A stretch of 62,633 nt of DNA, filler included, from Chiloscyllium plagiosum (lineage: Eukaryota): NCBI RefSeq assembly GCF_004010195.1. It is 4 parts of one record of this genome, joined end to end, with 100 filler letters (N's around TTAATTAATTAA, not from the genome) between each part and the next. Parts side by side here need not be neighbours in the genome. Positions count along the whole stretch, not along the records: positions 1 to 30,295 come from NC_057714.1; 3 more parts are not named here. One strand, 5' to 3'. The notes beneath the pieces are model-generated. The model did no database searches and had not been told where the DNA came from. It was given only the letters and a program-made list of their open reading frames with translations. The position numbers and the translations under genes are program-made. This document shows, in pieces, positions 12,758-25,793 of the stretch (its first letter is position 1; each line of letters begins with the position of its first letter).

Positions 12758-13920
12758 ACACAATCCTGTCCTATTTATAATGTGTTTTCCCAAAGGATAA
12801 ATCTTCCATGCAACTTGTTTTGGAATCACCAAGATTTTCGCTAGTTATACTTTCTGAAGGTGACAGTTCTGTATAAACTGTGTCAAACTATTCTCAAAGG
12901 CTGTGAGAATTGTTTCCTCTATTTAAACAACCCTTCTGCCACTTTGCTTCATCCTGTAACTTTACTTCCTCCATGTTGATAACCATCATCCCTCGGGCTC
13001 ATATCATTCCAAATGGAAACAAATTGTATCTTTCTTTGGTTGAGGACTCCAAAGAAAAACAAATGGAAGAAAGTTACAATTACTTAAATAAATATTCTTC
13101 ATTGTCATCTGCAAGCAGTTTAATGGGAATAGTTTTGATGAATTAAAGAACAGACAAATAGAGCTAGATCTTGATGATAAGCCTAGTTATGCCTGCCTTA
13201 GTAAAGAGAAACTCCCTGAAACTGTTACGAGAAATTAATTTGGACACACCAACTCAGGAACAAGTGGAAGAGGATACCGTGCTAATGAATGCTCAGGTTG
13301 GTTTATTAGAAGACATACCTCTGGAAACTGATTCCAGTTGATTTAGAAGATTTTATGTCCTCTAATCGTCAACTCTCACACTCCCACAAACATACCCTAA
13401 CCACAATTCCCCATGCCTCCTTATATAATCCATGCTAACACAATGCCATACCACCAAGTATTCATTTTAGATATATTTAAGGAATTACGTGGAGATCTAA
13501 AACAAAACTTCCAAAAAATCTTATACAGTTCTCATTAAACGTGCTTGATAGTGAAGAAAAAAACTCTGGCTAACGAAAGGATCAAAGTGTTTAAATGTCC
13601 TTAAATGGTTAGTACCTTATGTAAAATAAAAATTCTGGTCATTCCCACAAGCTTTTTAATAACTTCTTTAAGCAGTTGATCAAATTGTGAATTCAGAACG
13701 TTGTACAGAAACAACTTTAGCTTTTGAAACCTAGCCAATCATTCCTAAAGGCATAAAATTAGCCCAGGAATAAACATTAACAAAGATTCCTATTGAAACT
13801 GCACAGATGATATGCCAACTGCCTGTCACTCAAAATATTCCATATTTTCTAATAATCAGAGATATTGGAGTCAGCTTTTTGCTTACAGTTTAAAGGGAGG
13901 AGGGATTTTAAAAATGGTTA

Positions 13921-14242
13921 AGGGGTGACACAGTGGCTCAACGGTTAGCACTGCTGCCCCACAGCACCAAGGACCCAGGTTTGATTCCAGCCTCAGGTGA
14001 CTGTGTGCAATTTCCACATCCTCTCTTTGTCTGCGTGGGTTTCCTCCGGGTGCTCCCAGTTTCGTCTCACAGTCCTAATATTTGCTAATGCTACATTGCC
14101 CATAATGTCCAGTGATATGCAGCCTAGATGGATTAGCCATGAGAAATACAGGGTTAGGGTGGGTCTGGGTGAAATGCTCTTCAGAGGGTCAGTGTGGGCT
14201 TGATGGGCTGAATGCCCTGCTTCCACATTGTAGGGGATTCTA
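13921..14242 (+). mobile_element. Older HE1-like V-SINE
   Basis: Degenerate tRNA head and the tgcgtgggtttcctccgggtgctcc core. Confidence 0.8.
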
Positions 14243-14934
14243 AGCAGACTTTATCTACTTTAAAGAGCAGTTACATCCAACCCATCAATTTGTGACCCTT
14301 GGAATAGCTGAAAATGGAGTCTGTTCAAACTCAGTACTAGATTCATCTCACTCTGATGTGGTTGCAGTTCTTTCCTGTATGGTTCCTCTACCACTCCAAT
14401 TGTTTCTCTGGTTAAAAATGCATCTGTCAGCAATGAAGGAAGTGCTGCTGCAGTTAGAGCCCACATGCCATTTTTTTTAAAGTGCCGTGGAGTGCCCCCA
14501 ACATGTATTACCTGCTATCGGGAACATTGTGAATAATTCATTGGCCACTTAAACTCATTAATTTCTGCTTTATAATCTGCATTCTTTTCAACTCCTCCAT
14601 CTAGCAACGTTCACTGATCAAGTGCAGTAACTCACTGTTAATGCAGTTAGTGTTGCTTGATTACTAATGAGACTGCATAGCCCTTCAGAAAAATCTCTTA
14701 TCTGGCTGAATGATTCCTGTCTCAAAAAGGTCTCTCGATTCATGAGAAAACTTCCAGTTCACCCTTTGAAATCCGTGGAACCTATTGCTGTCTGAAAGCA
14801 CCAATGTACTAGCTAGCTCCTTGACTCAACGTATGGCAAACAGGATTAGATTAGGTTAGGATATCTGCTTGGCATGGACAAGTTGGACCGAAGGGTCTGT
14901 TTCTGTCCTGTACATCTCTATGACTGTATGACTA

Positions 14935-15722
14935 TCATAGAGTCATAGGGATGTACAGTACGAAAACAGACCCTTCAGTCCAACTCGTCCATGCCAATCA
15001 GATATCCCAATCCAATCTAGTCCCATCTGCCAGGCCCATATCCCCCCAAACTCTTCCTATTCATATACCTATCCAGATGCCTTTTAAATGATGCAATTGT
15101 ACCAGTCTCCACCAGTTCCTCTGGCAGCTAGTTCTATACACATACCACCCTTTGCCTGAAAAAGTTTCCCCTTAGATCCTGTTTAAATCTTTCCCCTCTC
15201 AACTTAAACCTAGGCCCTCTAGTTCTGGACACCCCACCCCAGGGAAAAGACCTTGTCTATTTACCTTATCCATGCCCCTCATTATTTTATAAACCTCTAT
15301 AAGGCCACTCCTCAGCCTCTGAAATTCCAAAGAAAATAGCCCCAGCCTATTCAGCCTCTCCTGATAGCTCAAACCCTCCAACCTGAGCAACATCCTTTTA
15401 AATCTTTACTGAATCCTTTCAAGTTTCACGACATCTGATAGGAGGAAGACCAGAATTGAAGCAGAATTCCAAAAGTGGTCTAACTAAAGTGCTGTGCAAC
15501 TGCAACAAGACATCCCAACTCTTATGTTCAGTGTACTGATCAATAAAAACAAGCGCGTCAAATGCATTCTTCACTACCCTGTCTCTCTTTCAAGCAACAA
15601 AAAACTGCACTCCAAGGTCTCTTTCTTTGTCAACACTCCCGTGGACCTTAAGTATATAAGTGCTGCCCTGGTTTGCACCGTACATTTATCGAGATTAAAC
15701 TCTATCTGCCACTCCTTAGCCC
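14935..15722 (-). mobile_element. CR1 LINE 3' fragment
   Basis: LEGLSYQERLNRLGLFSLE...IEVYKIMRGMDKV with a (ctatgact)n tail. Confidence 0.85.
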
Positions 15723-15778
15723 AAAAGAACATCCCCTTACTTGTGCATTGCCTTGCTCAGATATCGCACATACTGTAT

Positions 15779-15827
15779 TCCCTGTCAGGGAATTGAACCC
15801 CACTGTCCTGTGTGACAAGCAAAGATA
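15779..15827 (-). pseudogene. Degenerate tRNA-Asp(GUC)-derived fragment (3' two thirds)
   Basis: Minus strand tatctttgcttGTCacacaggacagtggggttcaattccctgacaggga compared with recalled vertebrate tRNA-Asp tatccccgcctGTCacgcgggagaccggggttcgattccccgacgggga. The D-arm and 5' acceptor strand are missing. Confidence 0.55.
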
Positions 15828-15865
15828 TGGGTCGGGTGCTGACAAACAGGACCAGATTTACTCAC

Positions 15866-16483
15866 TGTGATGATGCTGCTCCTTTAACAAGGTTGGATTG
15901 TTCTTGATTCTTTTTCACAAGGCAGTAAAGACACAGTCTCCAAAATGTCTGAGGTTGAAATACTTGAGAATGCTTTCAAGTTTAAAAAAAACTTGTACAA
16001 TGAAAGGGGAGTGGCCAGTTCTCCCCAGCTCAGCTTTCCTCTGGTTTGATTTGGTTTTAGCAGTCTGGCTCTTCACTGAGAGCAGTCAGTCAGTTTTTTG
16101 AGGCTGCTGGTCCATGAAACAGCTACCTGGAAGAAGGTGTTCCACGCTGAGTCCCTCTGCCATCTCCTTCTCTCCTGTAAGTCGCTGCGTTTGATTTTAC
16201 CTTTTGTGTTAAGGGGTGTTTATGGGGATTGTTGCACATATTGGGAACAGTATCATTAAGTTGGGATAATCTGTTGGGTTTTTGGATAGGTTAAGTTATT
16301 CTAGATAGTGTTCTCTTTTATTTGCGTTTCATTCGATAATCCTGTAAATAAATTCTGTTTTGTTTAAAACTAAGTGGTTTGACCGGCTACATCTCTCCTG
16401 GAATATCCACTCACACCTGCTTAAAATAACTAACAAACTGGGCTACTTTCTTGTTTTGAGGACGTCTGGCCTGGTCCATAACA
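15866..16483 (+). mobile_element. Solo-LTR-like repeat (TGT...ACA, about 620 bp)
   Basis: TGT and ACA termini with an internal AATAAA near 16347. A homologous copy lies in opposite orientation, fragmented, at 28517-30930. No TSD seen. Confidence 0.55.
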
Positions 16484-19400
16484 TATAAGATATCTGTCGG
16501 CACGGATAAGTTGAACCGAAGGGTCTGTTTCCATGATGTGCAACTCTATTACTCTATGACACTACTTCTTTTGTCAATTGCATCAGGATGTGCCATTTTG
16601 GTGGACTCAGTAGTAAGATTATGCATCGGGAGTTTAACTTAGATAAATTGGCTCCAGCCAAAGGTATGAACACAGTAACGCAAATGAAAATCAAGTTGGG
16701 TCTGTAACAGACAGACATGAGGCATTATGTCACCTGTCAGGAGGCTGTCTTCTATATCTTGTTGGATGAGATTTTAGCAAAGGCGTTAAACTGGCTGAGG
16801 AAATTGAAAATAACAGCTTCAATTTACTTGCTTTGGTGTCATAACCTTTCGTTCCAAGGCTACCCTCATGGGATGAATGAGAAATTATTGATGCTCAATG
16901 CTATAGAACCATTCTGGGATGTGAGTGAGTAGCAATTTCCAACCTGAAGGTACCTGACTTTATGGTGTTTATTTCAGCATTATTGTGTCCACTGCAAAGG
17001 GCATAAGTGTTCCAGAGAATCCTGATGCTCATCAAATGTATTTCCGTTTGATGGTGCACCGTGATATAAAACAGCCTCACCGATCTAAACTTTCCACATG
17101 GAAACTATGGACCATCATTCGGTCATGAATTCAGCCAGTGTCCAACTTCTAAACAATTCACAATTCAAACGAGTATTTGAATGAGGCCTTGTATTAATAT
17201 GTATGGCACATAACTGAGAAGCATTCAGCAAAGAGTGAATGAATACAAATTAAGTGCAGCGTTTACATCATTGTGCAGTCATGGAAATTGGAGATTCTCT
17301 CTGTGGCAGCTTAAATAGTGAAGGAAAATCTATGGTTCTCCCCCCTCAGATTATCCTGAGCCATCCATTGATGCTGGGCTCACAGATGATGCTGCGCTTT
17401 TTCTGCCACCTGCTACCAATTACATGTCATCTCAGCTTTGGGAATCCAACAACGTCACTTTGCATTCATGTACATCCTTAGCTGAGTGTGAGGCCCCAAG
17501 TTTCTTCGCGGGAGAAAATTTGACACTCAGTCACATAAGGGCGGCTGTACTTTGTGTCCCAGCACCAACCACAGAGGAGATAGGATGGAAGGCAGGGGAA
17601 GGGTGCATTTGGGTGCCATGGCAATGCTGCCAGGCCTGCCCGACACTGTGAGGATCTTTTAACCCACTGCGGGGGAGGTTTTAGGCAGCCCATATGCCCA
17701 ACGGTGGCAACTGGTAGGCCACTTCCCACCCTTCTGCAAGTTATTAAATGGCAGGCAAAGCAGCAATCCAGGTTTGAAGGCTGCCAGTCCCTCTTCCCAG
17801 ACGAGTGGGGGGGACTGTAGGAGTTTAGGGGGTGTAGGGGAGAAGAGGGCAAGTGGTTCTTCATTTTGGGACACCTGAGACATTGGCGGCCATCCTCCCT
17901 AGGATTGGTGTACCTCTCCATCCAGCTCCCTCACTCACTGTGGGGTGGCCTGCAGTTTCAGAAATGGCCACAGCTCCTGATGGCAGCGTGGGACCAGAGA
18001 CCTAACGGCCATCTGATTGGTCTCGTCGACCTGATTGGAAGTGAGGGATGTTTCTGAGATGGGGGTGAAGGGTGGAAGACTTGCCCTGAGCCATTTCAAT
18101 GTCCCCTACGCCCACCTGCAAATTTCAGGGCTTGGGGACAGGATAACAGTCCCAGCGATAAGTACATTTTTTTCCTAACATTGCCAAAGATTATAATCCA
18201 GAGATTTCGAAGCTCCTTGGATGCTGCCTGAACTGCTGTGCTCTTCCAGCACCACTAATCCAGAAAAAGATCAGGCACAGTTGAGTGAAGCAGTGACTAC
18301 CCAAATAATTGCATAGAAACATACATAACATTCTTATTACATCCAGTGTGCGTATATTTGTACAGAGCCCCTGAATATCTAAGTGGATTAAGCCTTCTAT
18401 TTAACACAGTCTAATACTTGTATTCAAGCCACCTCTTGCATCATTGGATTGGAAAGCAGTAATTGTAGATAAAAAGAACTGTCTGGGATGAACAACAAAT
18501 CTATCACACGTCCTCCTTTTGTATTTAGTTATAACTTTATTTATTCTTTTACATCCATTACAGCACATGGATTATAAGCACACCATCCCCTTCTCAAGGG
18601 CAGCTAGGGATACCCACTGTCCCATCAGTGAATTTAAAAAATGCATATTGGTTTTGGTAGGCAGCACACAAAACTGAGCCTCAAGGGAATTAGCCCGAAT
18701 TTAATAGCCTACAGAAGGTTGGTAGGCCCAATTGGCTGGTATGCAATGTGGAATACCAACAAAAGCATGAGTTCAATCCCTGCACTGGCTGATGGTACTG
18801 TGAAGGACTCTCCTTCTCAATCTCCCCCCCCCTGCCTGCGGTGTTGTGACCCTCAGGTTAAACCATCACCAGCTGTGTGTGTGTGTGTATCTCTCCCTCT
18901 CTGTTGCAAATGTGGGACTATGGTGACTTGCCCTTTCACCTTTTAATGGGTTACGCATAAATTAGGAACAGGAGCAGGCCAATTGGCTCCTCAAACATGC
19001 TCCACCATTTGATATGATCATGGTTGAGCTGTCTGTGACCCCAACTCCACTTGCCCTTTCACACGCCGCATACACTTGACACCTTTGCTGATCAAAATTC
19101 CATCAAACCCGGCCTTAAAGACTCTCAATGATCCTGCCTCCACTGTTCTCTGGGTAAGATAGTTGTCATTTTTGTTCTCACATTCCTTGATGACTCATGT
19201 AGGTAAAATGGGAAGAGTAAACTCATTCCCAACTTTGTATCTCAAGTCAAGTCGGCTTTGATTGACCTTCTCTCCCTCATTTCTAACATGAAATATTTTT
19301 CACTGTTGTTGCTGCATGATGGGGAAGCGTTAGGGTCTACATACAAAGTGGTCAGCTTTCAACTCCAGAATGCTGTTGGCATGTATAGGAAATACGCATG

Positions 19401-19589
19401 TGACTGCTGTAGATCTGTTGTGTGGAAACTGTTCAGCACATCACATTTGAAACAACGTACAGCATTTGTTCTGGAGTCTTTGAGTGAGATTGGCATTTCA
19501 AAGGTCTTAAGGTTTCTTGCTGTTGTCAGGGATATTGTTTTTGAATTCCCTAGTTCCCCTATATATCCACTCAGGGGCTGTGACTGTTG

Positions 19590-19945
19590 CTAACCAGGCC
19601 AGCATCTATCACCCTTCCCTAATTGCCCTTGAATTAGATTGAATTGACTGGCTCATTGGGCCATTTCAGAGGGCATTTAAGAGTCAATGACTGTGGGTCT
19701 GGAGTCACACATAGGCTAGACTGGGTGAGGCTGGCAGAACTGGCTCCCTGAAGGCTATTAGTGAACCAGATGCGATTTTACACCAATCTGTCATGGTTAT
19801 GTGGTCACCATTGCGCTGGTTTATTATCCCAGATTTTATTGAATTCAAATTTCACCATCTGCCGTGATGGGATTTGAATGCATGTCCCAAGAATGTAGCC
19901 TGGGGATGATTAGTTCTGTGACATTGTCACTGTTCCTCCTCCCCC
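19590..19945 (-). mobile_element. tRNA-derived SINE of a second family (another copy at about 44120-44400)
   Basis: Shared body ggccatttcagagggca..taagagtca...gggtctggagtcaca in both copies, with a B-box-like ttcaaatccc on the minus strand. Confidence 0.6.
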
Positions 19946-20150
19946 AGCCTCTGTTTTGCAGAGAATGATGCAATCCTGAAGATTGTTGAACATTTCGTCT
20001 CCCACGATGTTGATTGGTGTTCCTACATCTGTGAGAGCATCTCCTTCCGAGTGGCCAGTGGTCGCAGTCACACGTGACTGAACAACAGTACCAAAGTTTA
20101 CTGGGGGGGGTCAGTCAGCTCCACACTGGTTACACATATTGTGCCTGTGT

Positions 20151-20165
20151 GGCCCCCTGCTGGCA
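20151..20165 (-). promoter_or_regulatory. Candidate CTCF-binding motif
   Basis: Minus strand TGCCAGCAGGGGGCC matches the CCASYAGRKGGC core and lies in non-repeat sequence. Confidence 0.4.
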
Positions 20166-20193
20166 GGATTGGTCTCTGCAGTTGACTTTGTTG

Positions 20194-20490
20194 ATAGAAC
20201 ATTGAACAGTACAGCACAGAAATGGGGCCTTCGGCCCACAATGTTATGCTGAACACGACGCCAAATTAAACGAATCCCTTCTGCCTGCCCTTGGTCCACA
20301 TCTCTCCATTCCTTGCATATTCCTGTGCTTATATAAAAGCCCCTTAAACACCCTATCGTATCTGCCTCCACCACCACCACCCCCCCCCCAGCATCGTGTT
20401 CCAGACTCCTACCATTCTCTGTGTAAAAAACGTTGCCCCTCACATCTCCTTTGAACTTTCTTCCCCTCACCTTAAATGCATGCCCACTAG
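20194..20490 (-). mobile_element. CR1 LINE 3' end
   Basis: GHAFKVRGRKFKGDVRG followed by CR1 3' UTR and an aatgttct tail. Confidence 0.75.
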
Positions 20491-22759
20491 AATTAGACTT
20501 TGTTGATGAGTGAAGAGCATGAGCGATGAGGTTGGATCTTTCGCAAGCCTTCCACTGCTTCTTGCTCTTCACTGAATGCGTCTGAAGACAATTGCTTTGT
20601 AGGCCCAGATGGGGGACTCCAGTCACAAAAGTGTTGAAGATTCCACAAAGAAGAAAATCAGCATGGAAAGCATTCCTCTCCCTCCCCCTCCTTTTTGCAG
20701 CTCTCACCTTCTGAGATTTAAGCATCCAGCAATCCTTTGATAGATCCAGAGAAAGGCTAAGTATGTAAGGTCAGATGGGTGAGGGGTTTTAGGGTGCAAG
20801 GTGAGTTGACAAGGGTCCTGTGCCAGGTGAATGAATGGGGCTAGGGTGATTTGGGGAGGGATGGTTGGCTCTAGGACATGTGTGTGCATATGTGTGGGTG
20901 GGGGTATGCTTTAAGATGGGTGGTCAGGCCGACTGAGGAAGAGCTGTCTAGTTAAGATGGAGGAGGTGATCAGGTGGGTGGTGGGACAAATTCTGTTGGC
21001 TGTCAGCTCATTTTGAGTCAAGGGTGGTCAGATTCAGGGTCCATCAGATGGGTGGGGGAGGGAGTCACATATTAAGCTGTTAGATTAGAGTTTTACCCAT
21101 GCATAAGTATCTAAAGAATATCTTCCAGTGCTTCACTTCCATAGTAGAGGAGTAAGGCCTTTGATTGTCCTATCGATTGGAGAAGTTAGGATTGTTTTCC
21201 ATGGAAAAAACAAGGCTGAGAGGATATTTGGCTGGGGGGGGGGGGGGAGGGGTGTTTTCTGAATTTATATGGAGAAACCGTTCCCAGTCATGACAGGATA
21301 GAGAACAAGATTGAGGTTTAAAATGCACTTGGTCTCAGGATGAGTATTACTGGCTAGGCCAACAAATGTTGCTTATTTCCAATTGCCCTTGAGAAGGTGG
21401 TGGTGAACTCCATCTTGAACCAGTGGTGTCCATTTGGTGCAGTTATACCCACAATGCTGTTTGATGGGAGTACCTGGATTTTAACCCAGTGACAGTGAAG
21501 AAACTGTGATAGTTTGGATGGCATGTGGCCTAGAGGGAACTTGCATGAGCAGGTGCTGCCACGTATCTGCCACCCATGTGCTTCAATAGACATCACAGAT
21601 TTGGAAGAAGTTGTCGAAGGAGCCTAGGCAAGTACACTTTCATTCTGTTACGCCCTCTTGTCACAGTGCATTAGTGGCAGAGGGAGAGTGCTTATGGAGG
21701 TGGGCAGGATATCAATAAAATAGCATCACCTTGGTCAGTGAAATAACTTGCAAACAGAATCTTAGCAGCATCTGGAAAGCAAAATTAATACTCAGAATAA
21801 TTGCCAAGCATGATTGTAGAGAATGAAACACTCATTCTCATTCTCATTCAATGCAGAGACTTAGAGAGACAAAGTTGAATGGCTATTTTTTGTCTTTGGT
21901 TGTTCTTATATTAATAGAGGTGCAACATAATGCACTAATAAAGGCAAGTGCTAATGAGGAACAAAGCAGGAATAAATATCCCAACTCTCAGGGACAAATA
22001 TATTCGTGACAATCTGCTGGTGCTCAGTGTGAATATTTACTGTCCGGCTCGAATGCATTGTAGCTTAATTTCCCATCTGCAGTAAGTTGTGACACCTAGT
22101 AATTGTAGCTGTGCAATAATTCTGGATAATTCTGGATCGTGCAATAATTACACAGTAATCTGCTCAGAAACGGCTCTAATCTCCACCAAATGGACACAGG
22201 TCAAATCTATAGAACATGAAGGTGGTGGAAGAAGGGCAAGAGGTTTTATTCCAACGTGGCATTTATTCTGCTTCTTTAACCTGGCACACTAGGGTGGGCA
22301 CCCCCCTCCCCCCCATGAATATAGACAATCAGTAAATGAACCGACTTTCAATAGGACAGGTTTTCGGTGGTTGGGGTGGGGATGAAGGGAGTGGAATACC
22401 AGAGTAAATGCACTCCACTAACCTTAGTTTTAATGCTGACCCATCCCATATCCTGGGTTTTGTCAACAATGGATTTCATCTCATCAGGCTGGGAACAGTA
22501 ATTATGTAATCTCCAGCAGGCACCCAGGAACTGGACTGATATTCAGTAGATATCCTTACAGGACTTCAGTGCTTGACTTTGTAGAGTTTCAGGCAGGCTG
22601 CTGGTTCTCAGAGTCCTTCCTGCGGCTACCGTGGATCAAGAGGCAAACGTCGCTTTACAACGAGTGGGAGAATTCTCAAACCTAAGATTTCCTGACTCTG
22701 AAGGAAGGAGGCTGAAAGCATTAGGTCAAGGCAAGTTACTCCCTGGATCCATAATTAGA

Positions 22760-23920
22760 CCATACATCCATAAGATCATAGGAGCAGATGCAGGTCAATC
22801 AATCAGCCCATTGACTTTACTACATCATTCAGTGAGATCATGGTTGATTTGCTAATCCTCAAGTTCATTTTCCAGCCTTTTCTGCATAACACTTAATTCC
22901 CCTCCCGATTAAAAATCTGTCCAGTTGTAGCACAACCTCCTTTTAGTTATACTCCATTCCCTTTGCACTAAAGACTAACATTCCATTTGCTTTCCCTCTA
23001 ACCCACTGAACATGGATGCTAGCTTTTTGTGATTCATTGACGAGGACTATCAAATCCCTCTCTTCTGCATCTTTCTGCAGTCTTTCTCCATTTAAACATT
23101 GCTCAACTCCTCTATTCTTCCTGCCAAAGTACATAATCACATACTTTCACACATAACATTCCATCTGCCAAATTTTTGCCCACTTCTTGCAGACTCTGTG
23201 TTATCCTCACCACTTGCCTTCTAAGCTAGTTTTGTGTCATTTACAAACTTGGCTCAAGTGTATTCATATTCCTCATCAAAGTAATTTATATTTAACTGTG
23301 GCCCCAGCACTGAACTCTGTGTCACGCCACTGTTAACACATTATCATTCTGAAAATGTGCCCCATGGCTCAATTCTTTGTCTTCTCTTAGCTGAAAATGT
23401 GTTGCTGGAAAAGCGCAGCAGGTCAGGCAGCATCCAAGGAGCAGGAGAATCGACGTTTCGGTCCTAAAGAAGGGCTTATGCCCGAAACGTCGATTCTCCT
23501 GTTCCTTGGATGCTGCCTGACCTGTTGCGCTTTTCCAGCAGCACATTTTCAGCTCTGATCTCCAGCATCTGCAGTCCTCACTTCCTTCTCTTAGCTGGCC
23601 AATCCTCGAAATGTGCTAATATGCTACATCCAACACTATGGGCTCTTATTTTATTAAGTAACCTAATGTGAGGTACTTTACTGAGTAGCTAATGAAGATT
23701 TAAATATATCACATCAATTGTTTCCCCTTTATCTATCCTGCTTGCTACCTCCTTGAAGAATCCCAGTAAATGTGTTAAACGTGGTTTCCCCTTTATGAAA
23801 CCATGCTGACCCTGCTTAACCATGTTACTTATTTCTAAATGCTCTGTTATTACATCCTCTATAATAGATTCACATTTTCCCAATAACAAGTTAATATAGT
23901 TGTATTGTCTCCTCTTTTTG
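22760..23920 (-). mobile_element. Decayed CR1 RT fragments interrupted by the PLE hairpin at 23389
   Basis: QHGFIKGKPRLTHLLGFF...IDKGETIDVIYL and LNGERLQKDAEERDL. Confidence 0.75.
23389..23584. mobile_element. Fold-back PLE terminal insertion: 73-bp inverted arms, 20-nt loop, 13-bp TSD
   Basis: Arms 23389-23461 and 23482-23554 are about 70/73 complementary. TSD cttctcttagctg at 23381-23393 and 23585-23597. A hammerhead (G5>A) sits at the apex, 23461-23494. Confidence 0.85.
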
Positions 23921-25545
23921 AATAAATGTGTTACAATGGCAGCTTTCCAGTACAGGATGTGTCCAGTGGTACCAAGCTTGAATGTAGTTCTGCATCTCTC
24001 CACTTGACCCTATCACATTCAGTCATTCTTTCCCACTCTTCTTCCCCAGCACCCTGCACACACCCCACCTTGCATCATATCCTACACAAGGCTATGCTTA
24101 ATTACCTCTCATTAAGATTATGAATGTTTCCTCCTTGCTACATTCATGGCAGACTCCAAAGGAATTTTCTGTTGATATATTATCCAACAATTTCTCTCAT
24201 TACTTCTTCTGCACATCATACTCGTTACTGTATGTCTCCCTGCGTGAGTAAAGTGACTCATTCGCAAGTAACTGGATGTCAGACAAAAAACCATCTGGAG
24301 CATTTCATATCCTTACATTTTTTCTTCGAGAATTAATAGTTATTTGGCCATTTTTTATAAATCTTAATTACTGTAGAGAAAGTTGTTTTACTATCTGTTC
24401 AACCATTGTGTGTGTGTCTGTGTGTGTGTGTGTCTGTGTGTGTGCAAAATTGGTTATTTAAGAGTGACTATTTATATTTTCCTGTTTCAAAGTTCTTTGA
24501 TGCTTTGCATCACTGTCCAATAAGCCTGGTTGATACAGGAAATCAATAATTTTGTTGCTTATTAAACAAATCTAGCCAATGGATTGTTTTGTATTCATAA
24601 GCTAATATAGATTGAGTATATAATTGACCATTATGGCGACCTGGATACAACATTTTAAATGTATGTTGTGACCAGTGGAACTAGAGAAAGCCTGCAAATC
24701 GACCACAACAATCCATAGACTAACAACCTTGAAAATGAAACTGCACTTGAACCAAGCTTAATAGTGATGAACAACAAAAGGGAAGAAAAGGCAATTTGTG
24801 AATTCATGTTGAATTATATTTCAGCAAATTGCAAAGCTTTGTGCATTCATAAAGAGAGTGAAAACAATGTTGTTGATAGTTCCACATTCACCTTGTCATT
24901 TTTTTTCTCACTTTGAATAATAATAATTCATTCTTCTTTGCAATTACAAGGCCACTTATGATTTTATGTAATCCTAAACGTCTGAAAGCCATGGACTTGC
25001 AGACATCAGTTCTAACAAAAAGGCTTATGGATGTTTTGCTGACGCACTGCCTAACCCTTTCATTTACCCTTTAAATACACATTTTTATTCTATCTCTGTT
25101 ACAGGCCGTTCTGCTACATAATGCAACAATTGTGTTCTTCTGCAGTCCCACACTAGAGAAAATCGCGCAATGGAAAGCTGCTGTAGAATATCGCACTGTA
25201 GAAGATTGCTACAGAAAATCACTGTATCCGTTCAACAGAAAGATCACATTATCCGAACATCACCCACAATTCATCAATCACATAACAGCCAATTTGTGTT
25301 GATGAAATGCACGTTATACCAGATCAACCTGTATTTCTTCAGCTATCTGAATGTGAAACCCTCATTGATGCCTGTTACCTTCAGCCTCTTGACTGGCCTC
25401 CCATCGTCCACCCTCTTAAAATTGCATTCAACTAAGACTGTTGCCCATATCCTAACAAAGTTGTGATTAGTGAGTTTTGAGAAGATTTCTAGCTCAGGTT
25501 GAGGTTCTGGATGAAGGTTAGCTCGCTGATCTGGGAGGTTCATTA

Positions 25546-25585
25546 CCAGATGTTTCATCACCCTACGAGGTAACATCTTCAGTGG
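25546..25585 (-). ncRNA. Minimal type-I hammerhead motif (Poseidon family)
   Basis: cca CUGAAGA U GUUACC ucguag GGUGAU GAAA CAUC ugg: stem I cca/ugg, 6-bp stem II and AUC triplet. Confidence 0.6.
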
Positions 25586-25600
25586 GCCTCAGGTGAAACA

Positions 25601-25793
25601 AGGTAAAAACAATGACTGCAGATGCTGGAAACCATATTCTGGATCAATGGTGCTGGAAGAGCACAGCAATTCAGGCAGCATCGAGGAGCTTCAGCAAAAT
25701 CGATGTTTCGGGCAAAAGCCCCTGATGAAGGACTTTTGCCCGAAACGCCAAAGCCCCTGATGAAGGACTTTTGCCCGAAACGCCGATTTTGCT
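25601..25793. mobile_element. Nested Neptune-type PLE terminus with a tandem-duplicated hammerhead, 13-bp TSD
   Basis: TSD ctcaggtgaaaca at 25588-25600 and 25794-25806. The 35-bp unit aaagcccctgatgaaggacttttgcccgaaacgcc occurs twice (25715-25749 and 25750-25784). Confidence 0.82.
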
